A stretch of 64,000 nt of DNA from Eledone cirrhosa (Eukaryota), in assembly GCA_964016885.1 (NCBI GenBank), contig OZ024751.1:3596001-3660000 (forward strand), in the 5' to 3' direction. Below are positions 54,193 to 64,000 of the stretch, one piece after another (position 1 is the stretch's first letter; every line of letters begins with the position of its first letter). The notes below the pieces were generated by a model. That model was not told the DNA's origin. It saw only the letters and a program-made list of their open reading frames with translations, and searched no databases. The position numbers were made by a program, and so were the translations under genes.

Positions 54193-54277
54193 TGTCTCCT
54201 GATGATTTCGAAACTCGTGAATTTATCCTTGATCGGATATTTCCAAAAAGCGAATGAAACCTCATGGGGTAGAAACA
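54193..54277 (+). ncRNA. Hammerhead ribozyme within a ~480-bp insert (54089-54571) in (TA)n
   Basis: TGTcTC-CTGATGA-tTTCG...CGAAt-GAAA-CCTCatGGGG-TA/GAaACA. Confidence 0.75.
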
Positions 54278-54567
54278 TAATTTTGGTATGTTTATATACA
54301 TGTTTTCTTCTAACTTTGATTTTATACCTAATTGTGTATGGTTGACGATATATTTAATCGATTTCCACGTGCTATTAGAAATGCTGGGTAAATATTCTAT
54401 AGCTGTTGATCGCGAATAGAAAGCTGTCGTTTATTTATCTATTATTTCTTCAAAGGTGTCTTTTAATCTTATAGCGTTGTTTAATTGTTTTTTTGTGTGG
54501 TTGATTATGCTGATTGGGAGAGGAAATAATCTATATATTTCATCAAATGATTCTATAGACATACTTT

Positions 54568-54632
<65 letters not shown>

Positions 54633-54739
54633 ATATATATATATGCATGCATAGAAATATATATATATATTATATATATATATATATATAAATGAAATAA
54701 CAGTAGGCTGGACTGGTGTAAATCCTTGAAAGGTTTATT

Positions 54740-54797
54740 ATACTATGATCATTTCAATGACCGGGTTCCATATGAATCCGGTGATATCATCAGGTAT
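54740..54797 (-). ncRNA. Hammerhead ribozyme near the 3' end of a minus-strand element (~54690-55738)
   Basis: Minus strand: ATAC-CTGATGA-tATcACCGGaTTC...GAAcCCGGTcATt-GAAA-TGATCA-TA/GTAT, then AATAAA. Confidence 0.82.
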
Positions 54798-54999
54798 TGG
54801 AATATAACAAAGGAATATGTAAAAAGCCATGGGTCCGAAAAACCATGGGTCCGGGAAACCAGAGACAGAAAGGGCAGCTGACCAATTAGCTTCACAGCCA
54901 GCCGCCCTCAAAGTGTTGGCAACCGAAAACTACCAGTGAATATCTGGTAAGGGGGCGCAGGCCTATCATATACTACCACCACTCCGTCAAAGAAGAAGG

Positions 55000-55060
<61 letters not shown>

Positions 55061-55743
55061 GGAGAAAGAAGTGTAGTGTAAGGGTCAAACTACATTCATG
55101 TTAGAAAATGCCGCGAAGAAAATGCTACCCAAAGAATCTATAGTGGGTGTGTGTATGGTCTAATATGTGAACCGTAGATTGGAACGCTAAACTTATGTTG
55201 CGAGTTATAGGATGAAATAAATTAAATTAAAAATATTATATTGCAAAATGGTAAATTGAAAAATAGAGGTAGCGAGATTTATTTATTTAACGAACTTACG
55301 GAGAGAGTCTTATATGAAAAAATTTCTTTTATTTAACTCGATAAGATATTAGGATGGGATATAAAGTAAAGATTTCGATTGGGAGACCCAGCCAGCACAC
55401 CCACCACCATGAGTCAGCCAGTCTCGAGTGGTATCGTCCAGTGAAAGAAATGGAAATTAATTTTTCCGAGTACTCGAGGAACGTAGCTAACTTTGGCCCC
55501 GGGATCGTTAGCGGGAACCCCACAATTTCGACAGGCCATCGCCTATACCACGAATACTATTAAATCACACATTAGGGGTTTATTTAAGTGTCAATAGAGG
55601 CATGATACAGCTAATAGTTGTGCCCAAACCTGGAGTTTGTAGGTACAGGTATAATTAGGCGGCCAAAACAGGCGGCGCGGTGGGACTGGGGCAGAGCAAG
55701 CCACTCCGAGTAATTTCATTTACCGAAAGAGGAGAAATTTATT

Positions 55744-55778
<35 letters not shown>

Positions 55779-55938
55779 TTATATATACTATATATAGAGT
55801 TATAAACTCAAACAGTCTTTTACAATTAAATAGCTCAAAGAAAGAGATATTTCTGAGCCGTGAAATACAAATTAATATAAATTAATATATGATAAACACT
55901 AATACAAGCATATAAGTGTTTGTATTGCAAATGACCAA

Positions 55939-56514
55939 GTTAGCTAGATTGAAAAATACTAATTAAATTAATACAGTTTGCCTGTCTCGATTTAAAATAA
56001 TAAATCAATAAAAACAAACCCATATTAGCAATAGCCGTGATACCTGGACAAATTTAAATTTCAAAACTCAAATCTGTTTCGCAACGATAAGTGAAAATTC
56101 CATTTCTGTGCTCAGCTGCAGGTATCCAGAAATTGGTATGTTTCACCTCAAAATACTTAGGAGGACTGAGAGAAAAATGTGTTGTTGAACGCACATGGTG
56201 TCCCAGCGTCTAGCCAGTCTCATACTCGTGCCGCTAGAAATAGCAGCCGTTTTTATGGGACTAAAGAATTTAGCTCAACAAATGGAGCCGATAATACTAT
56301 ATATAGAGTTATTAACTCTATATATTGTATTATGCAGCTGAGCACAGAAATGGAATTTTCACTTATGGTTGCGAAACAGATTTGAGTTTTGAAATTTAAA
56401 TTTGTCCAGGTATCACGGCTATTGCCAATATGGGTTTGTTTTTATTGATTTATTATTTTAAATCGAGACAGGCAAACTGTATTAATTTAATTAGTATTTT
56501 ACAATCTAGCTAAC
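55939..56514. repeat. Inverted repeat, ~180-bp arms (55939-56120 / 56333-56514)
   Basis: GTTAGCTAGATTG...CTCAGCTGCA versus TGCAGCTGAG...CAATCTAGCTAAC. Confidence 0.85.
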
Positions 56515-56556
56515 ACCTCAACAACATATGTACTTGTCTATACCATACTAATTCAA

Positions 56557-56611
56557 ACTGCTTGAAGAGGTCACAGCCAAAGATGGCTGTCACCGAAATA
56601 TATATAGCAGT
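56557..56611 (+). ncRNA. Hammerhead-like motif, C3U core
   Basis: ACTGC-TTGAAGA-GGTcACAGCCAaagaTGGCTGTcACC-GAAA-TATATA-TA/GCAGT, then AATAAA 56612-56617. Confidence 0.75.
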
Positions 56612-57466
56612 AATAAACGAAGCTAAATGTTAATCATTTGACTTTTTATTTAACTTTATTTTATATATATATATATATATGTATGTATATATTTATGTAT
56701 ATATATATGTATATATATGCATATTTATATATATGTATGTATATATCTATATGTATAAGAAAATGATTTCTTTTTTAAATGAAAAAAATTTCCTACACGA
56801 GTGAAAGTATAACGAAAAGAAATCTAAAACGGAACTGGAGTAGAATTGAGATGTAGGGTTCGTGGTTTTTCACGCATCTGGTGTTCGGATGTTTTGTTTT
56901 ATGTGGAAAATTGCCAGGTTTTAAAAAAAAATAATTTGGTTGGTTGATGACTGTTACGTGAATAAGTATGATAAATTCCGCGCCAGTTGGTGTTACAAAG
57001 TTCTTATTTCATTTGCCTTTAAAAAAGGGGGTCTCAAATTTATTTTTCATATATATGTGAAGTTTGGTTGGTTGATGACTCTCACGTTTTAAGTGAAAAT
57101 GACGATAAAGAACCCTCACACGCGTGCTGGCGCGAAAGTTGATGTGCTTATTCAAAGGGTGAGGGTTCTATATCGTCATTTTCACTTTAAAAAGTGAATA
57201 AAATTGTTGTTTTTTTATAAATATAATTTGATTGGTTATGACTGTCAAGTACATTGATTTTCGCGCCAGTTCGTATTTTGGGGTTCCTTATAGTCGTTTT
57301 CACAGTCACATCATTTTTCATGAAGCGTTTTTTGCCAAACAAAAAATGGCGAGAAAGTCTGAATTTTGACACATGAGCACATCAGCCATACTCACTGAAT
57401 TAGAACGATTACTTCCCATCCCTTTTTTCTTGACCTTTGTTTGGCACAAAACACTGTATGACAAAT

Positions 57467-57496
<30 letters not shown>

Positions 57497-57498
<2 letters not shown>

Positions 57499-58174
57499 AG
57501 AGAGTATTGAAGTTTGCTTGAAGCATTGTGGAACAATAAGTAAATATCTATAAGTCGTTTGGAAGCCTCGACAATGCAAATGGGTAAATCTCCGGGTAAC
57601 AAGGTCCGGTGGTGGAGAGAGAGATGTAAGTGGGTGTACGTTGAGATGCGTGGTGTGTATAAGATGTGTGAGATGTGTAGAATGAAGGGAAGAGTAAAAG
57701 GATAAAAATAATAATAACAACACAAGAGAGAGTTACCTTGGGAGAGATTTAATAGTCCCTATATATTTCGGATTCACATCCATCAACTGGGGTTTTTCCG
57801 GGGTGGGGGAAAAGGTTGTCTGACGGACAAGTCCGGAAGGCGTCTTTCGCTGTTTGCTGATTTGAATATCAGATATTCAAATCAGCAAACAGCGAAAGAC
57901 GCCTTCCGGACTTGTCCGACAGACAACCTTTTCCCCCACCCCGGAAAATGGATGTGAATCCGAAATATATAGGGACTATTAAATCTCTCCCAAGGTAACT
58001 CTCTCTTGTGTTGTTATTATTATTTTTATCCTTTTACTCTTCCCTTCATTCTACACATCTCACACATCTTATACACACCACGCATCTCAACGTACACCCA
58101 CTTACATCTCTCTCCACCACCGGACCTTGTTACCCGGAGATTTACCCATTTGCATTGTCGAGGCTTCCAAACGA

Positions 58175-58180
<6 letters not shown>
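57497..58180. repeat. Near-perfect palindrome (~310-bp arms, centre ~57871) in (TA)n
   Basis: 57549-57870 inverted against 57872-58180; centre TTTGAATATCAGATATTCAAA. Confidence 0.9.
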
Positions 58181-58255
<75 letters not shown>

Positions 58256-58262
<7 letters not shown>

Positions 58263-58663
58263 TGAAAAAGAACAAAGGAACTATTATGACATTATAACGA
58301 GTTTATTGCCGACAGCCGTTTCGTCCGACCATATGGTGGGACTTTTCAAGGCATATAACATGTGATTGTAGGATCATTATTTACATCAACGTACCACAAT
58401 TTCAAACTGCTAGCCTTGAGTGATACGTTGATGTAAATAATGATCCTAGAATCACATGTTATATGCCTTGAAAAGTCCCACCATATTGTCGGACGAAACG
58501 GCTGTCGGCAATAAACTCGTTATAATGTCATAATAGTTCCTTTGTTCTTTTTCACTAATATTTCTGCTCTGCGTATACGCATAGAGCTTAACTAGCTACC
58601 GTCACATATTTGGTAGGTCAGACGTGATCATCGCGATTCACATACGACCTACCATACATCTTG

Positions 58664-58665
<2 letters not shown>
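58256..58665 (+). mobile_element. Fold-back HHR element (arms 58256-58393 / 58424-58561) with 3' tail, in (TA)n
   Basis: Arms are reverse complements; HHR in both. Confidence 0.85.
58464..58510 (+). ncRNA. Hammerhead ribozyme with U3-A8 compensatory core (mirror copy ~58307-58353 -)
   Basis: TGCC-TTGAAAA-GTCC...GGAC-GAAA-CGGCTG-TC/GGCA, AATAAA 58510-58515. Confidence 0.75.
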
Positions 58666-58731
<66 letters not shown>

Positions 58732-58831
58732 CAAATAACGAAACGAAATTAAATTTCGTTTCGTTTTTAACTTAATTGTTTATATATATATATATATAGT
58801 TTTTGATATGAAATCGTGTGTCGAAACAAAT

Positions 58832-59595
58832 ATTGTTATACTTGGGGAGGGTCATATTTGTGTAATATTGCCAGAATTAATAACAGAACACACTCACTGT
58901 TTGGTTGGTTTTCGCTTTTCGCTTCTGTGTCCTTTATATCGGTAATCTAATTTATTCGGTCCTGAATGTTGCCATTGACTGACCAACGGTCAAAAATACA
59001 GATACAATATAGACACAAACACATATATATAGTTTATCAAAGTTCTTTCGTTGCACATCTTCAACATCGTCAGTGGTGCTATTGTTTCCTCCCGTTGCAT
59101 TGTATTTTCTACGCCATCTTTATTTAGTATGTTTATATATTTATTTATTTGTTGTATTTTATTTTGTCTTCTTTGCGCATGCGTTTGCGTGTGTGTATAG
59201 TGTTTTGTTTGCTGTGTGTTCGTGATTGGGTGGCTGTGTATTGGTTAATGTATTCTATCTTTACCAGTGTGTGTTTATATGTGTTTGTTGTTATTGTGCT
59301 TGTGTATGTATTTATTTATTTATTTATACTTATCTTAGGTCAGTGTTGTTTGTTTGGGTGTTGTTGTTATTCCATTCATGTTTTCTGTTTAGCCTTGGCC
59401 TTCTAAGTTCTATTTCACTGGCCTCTCTGGTTTGCCTATCTGCTGGGTCATTTCTATGTTTAGATATTATTCTAATTTCTATGTTGTCTATGTTACCGTT
59501 GTGTTGTTGTCTGGCATGTTCGTATAGTACTGAACCGTTTTTTCGTCCTTTTAGTTCCCCCCAGTGTTGGTCTATCCTTTCACCTATGCTACGAG
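58832..59595 (-). mobile_element. Non-coding PLE 3' fragment (family of 18557-19060), joined head-to-head with the next element
   Basis: Near-identical to 18557-19060 over ~490 bp; HHR-like motif ~59036-59077. Confidence 0.7.
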
Positions 59596-60950
<1,355 letters not shown>

Positions 60951-61749
60951 CAGCTGTACACGGCTCTGCCTAGGATTATTAATATACAATAATTATACAG
61001 AAATACAGCTATATGACTTCATGTATGATTTCCATGTTTATTTTCTTACAACAACAATTTCTTACCACACCCTTCTAAACAGAAGGCAGACCTGTTTCGG
61101 TTTTTGTTGATTAATAACTTCATATTTCATGCCTTTTATTTCACTAAATGGCTTTATTATTCTATTTTAATGTCTTCTTTAAATTTTGTTTGGTAGATTT
61201 AATTTTTTATGCTAGACTTAATCTGTCGTCCGGTTTAACAGTACTAAATGGGGTTTAGGTTCTCTTAATGGAGTCTATTTTATTGCTAGCATTTCAGGCT
61301 AGGTTACTGATTTCCGATTTTCTCCCTCACCTCTCCCAATCGTCTTGAAGTTCCTTTTCTTCTTTTACTTATTCCTGGGAGGTTCGTGGGAGCAGTGTCC
61401 TCAAACACTCATTCCAGAGGGTCCTATCAAAAGCAAACGTTTTCAATTGATCCGGTTGTATACACAAGCGAGACCAGCCGAGCTCATGGATGTCATCCAA
61501 CTATTTTACTCATGGTCTACCACTGGGTCCAATGATTTTTTCTTTAGACATTCTAACCACATGACAGATAATTAAAAAAATGTGTTCGAATTGATAATCT
61601 CTCAGAATAATTGATAATCTCTATTCACCAATATATTAGTATATCGCAACAAATACTGTGTTATAAATACAACTTCCAGGTGCAAATTCAAGATCCCCCA
61701 ATAACATGTTTTCATAAGTAGCATTCTGACGCAATAAGACCATCTAAAA

Positions 61750-62218
61750 GAGTGGTTTTCAAACTTTTGGGGCCACCGCCTCCCAAACGGCCAACCCTAT
61801 TTTCAGAGAGACCTGTCTCCACATAAATTGTAAATAATATATAATAAATAAAATCGTTAATTTATATATAATAAATATAATATAATTAATTTATATATAA
61901 TTAATATATAATTTATATATAATAAATATATTATATATTTTTTAATTCAAATCCCGCCGAAGTTCACTTTGCCTTTCATCCTTCCGGGGTCGATAAAATA
62001 AAGTACCAGTAATGTACTTGGGTAATTGCTGGCCTTGTGCCAATACTAGAAACAATTATATATTTTTTTAATTTACTATACTTATATATATGTATCATTT
62101 GATATTTAATATACTATTATATCGTCTCTACCGCCCCCTTAGGCCCCAGCGCTCCCTGGACCTTCTCAACTCCCCCCACCCCCATTGGGGGCAGTGGCGC
62201 CAACATTGAGAATTTCTG
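61750..62218. mobile_element. Degenerate hAT/Charlie-like MITE with a SINE fragment (61945-62060) inside
   Basis: Left AGTGGTTTTCAAACTTTTGGGGCCACCGCC, right GGGGGCAGTGGCGCCAACATTGAGAATTTCTG (imperfect TIR). Confidence 0.4.
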
Positions 62219-62399
62219 ATGTAAAATATAATAGAAAATATAAGTGAGTTTAGAAGTCGTCAAATATGCAGCGAAAAAGTCGGCCTGGCATATACATTAA
62301 TCTGAGCTCAAAAGGTTTGTTAGACGTTTACCTACATATATGTACGAGAGGGTCTAATGGGGTTGTTCTTACTGACGATTGTCCTAAGTATGCCTTAAC

Positions 62400-62690
62400 T
62401 TCTTCTTCGCCCACCTATTGCTGAAAGGGTCATGGGGACAGGGTCCTCAAACACTCCCTCCAGCGAATCCTGTCAGAAGCAACCGTCTCCAACTGATCCG
62501 GCTGGATCCCCAAGCGTAACTAGCCAAGCTCATGGATATTATCCAACCATCTTGCTCGGGGTCTACCCCTGGCTCTCCTGTTTTTGCCTGTAAAATCTGT
62601 CCAGCGATTCTTTCCTGAGACATTCTAACCACATGCCCACAGCATCAGAGCTGCTATTCGGAGAAGTAGACTCTATACCTGGAGATGTCT
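62400..62690 (-). pseudogene. RTE-like LINE 3' fragment (related remnant at ~61470-61565)
   Basis: WGHVVRMSQERIAGQILQAK; 3' end in a GAAGAAGAAG-type tail. Confidence 0.6.
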
Positions 62691-62739
62691 TAACTGATGA
62701 CTATAATATACGTTATATATACTATAGCGTATATAATAG

Positions 62740-62903
62740 TAAAGGTAGCGAATTATCAGATTCGTAAGAACCTCGGATAGAATGTTTAGTGGTTTTCGTT
62801 CCAGCTTTCTGCACAAATTCTGCACAAAGTTGACCTCGTCGAACTTTGCTTTTCATCATTTTGAGGTCAATAAATAAAGTACCTCACTATTACTAGGGTC
62901 GAT
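62740..62903 (+). mobile_element. Old SINE copy
   Basis: AAAGGTAGCGAATTATCAGATTCGT...AACTTTGCTTTTCATCATTTTGAGGTCAATAAATAAAGTACC. Confidence 0.55.
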
Positions 62904-62955
62904 CCTTCGTCTATATCGCTTTCTCACTTCATCTCTGACACTCATTCACTCAGTC

Positions 62956-63029
<74 letters not shown>

Positions 63030-63307
63030 CTTTCTTTCTCAACACCCCTGGAGAGGGAGGGCTTCTCCAGGTAAAAATGCCAAAGACAGAAGTAATATTG
63101 TGAAAGGTGCCGCGCAGCAGAAGAGGATGCCACCTCAACTCGGAATTACGTGGTTGTGAAGGAGGGAATTAACCTATTAGTCATATTTGCGCCTTAGAAA
63201 TTGTTAAGAAGAGGAGGGGGTGGAGAAGCAAATAGAAAATAGAAACAAAAAATGATAAATATTTGAGAATAATATCAAAGGAAATTTACTAAAATAGGTT
63301 TCCGTAG

Positions 63308-64000
63308 ATGTGGTGGTGTGGTGGGGTGGTGTGGCGGTGGTGTGGTGTGTGTGGTGTAGAGCGGTGCGGTGTGGTGGAGGGGTATGGAGGAGTGTGGTGT
63401 GGGGTGGGGTATCGTGGAGTGGGATGTAGTGTGGTGTGGTGTAGTATAGAAAGGTGGTATGTGTTGTGGAATGGTCGGGTGTGTTAGGAGGGGTACTGTC
63501 GAAGCGTAACCTAAGCCAGCTAGGGGTCGATGTGGTTCGATCAATTAAACAGACGTCGAGTAAATAGTAGATCGTTGGTGGCAGTGGTGGTGGTGGGTTG
63601 ATGTTGGTGGTATTGGAAGGGGGTGTTGTTGTTGTTGGTGGTGGTGGCGGTGGTCGTCGTCGTCGTCGTGAGAAAGAAACATGCAACACAGCCAAGCTCC
63701 GTATCAAATTGCTGCCTTTCTAACAATATATGACTGGAGACTAATTATACAAAGCGTCTGGGGCGGCGCAGCGTACTGGGTGGTTGTGGAAAGGGGTGTT
63801 GGTAGTACTAGTAAATACTGGGGAGGGTTATGATGGTAGTGGTGGTGATGATGGTGGCAGTGGCGGTCGTTGTTGTAGTGCTGGTGGTGGTGGTGATTGT
63901 AGTAGATCTGACGATAGTGGTAGAGTTGCTGCTGATAGTAGTGGTGGTGGTGATTGTAGTAGAGCTGGGGGTGGTGATAGCAGTTTGTAGAGTTAGTGGT
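63308..64000. repeat. Degenerate (GTGTG)n/(GGT)n simple repeats
   Basis: Direct reading. Confidence 0.8.

Noticed and set aside
58125-58180. CCGGAGA...CAAACGAC as an HHR remnant in the 57497-58180 palindrome
   Set aside because: Both core boxes mismatch and the stems are unsupported
53237-58180. Perfect palindromes as long-read fold-back assembly artefacts
   Set aside because: Arms are short, bounded by element ends, and usually asymmetric or carrying substitutions and indels, as expected for PLE inversions; not fully excluded for 53325-53700 without reads
63204-63990. Pro/Thr/His-rich and Gly-rich ORFs
   Set aside because: Translations of (GGT)n/(GTGTG)n simple repeats

Overview
Eukaryotic, gene-free, repeat-saturated window with no recognisable host gene. 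The tRNA-derived SINEs and (TA)n/(CA)n/(GA)n/(TACA)n load resemble an octopus or other coleoid cephalopod genome (inference from remembered repeat motifs, not a search). The dominant signal is a nest of Penelope-like retroelements (PLEs) of the Naiad type: RT with MGSSDSA.V.DLVG and GLYRDD, a CxCx5CPL linker, then a C-terminal GIY-YIG endonuclease. There are four coding copies; 42463-44693 is open except for one frameshift. Around them sit many short non-coding insertions from well over a dozen unrelated sequence families. Nearly all lie inside (TA)n tracts, many form fold-back (inverted) structures or ~430-480 nt tandem monomers, and most carry a type I hammerhead ribozyme (HHR) motif near the 3' end. 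I count roughly 35 HHR-like loci by eye, with covarying stems, palindromic stem III, recurrent non-canonical cores and often an adjacent AATAAA. Also present: RTE LINE fragments (one 5'-inverted), Dong/R4-like RLE LINEs in (TACA)n, a CRE fragment, Helitrons (one with a Pif1 fragment, one nested pair), SINEs and a 52-bp minisatellite. Most listed ORFs are microsatellite artefacts. All coordinates and structures were read by eye and may be off by a few bases.
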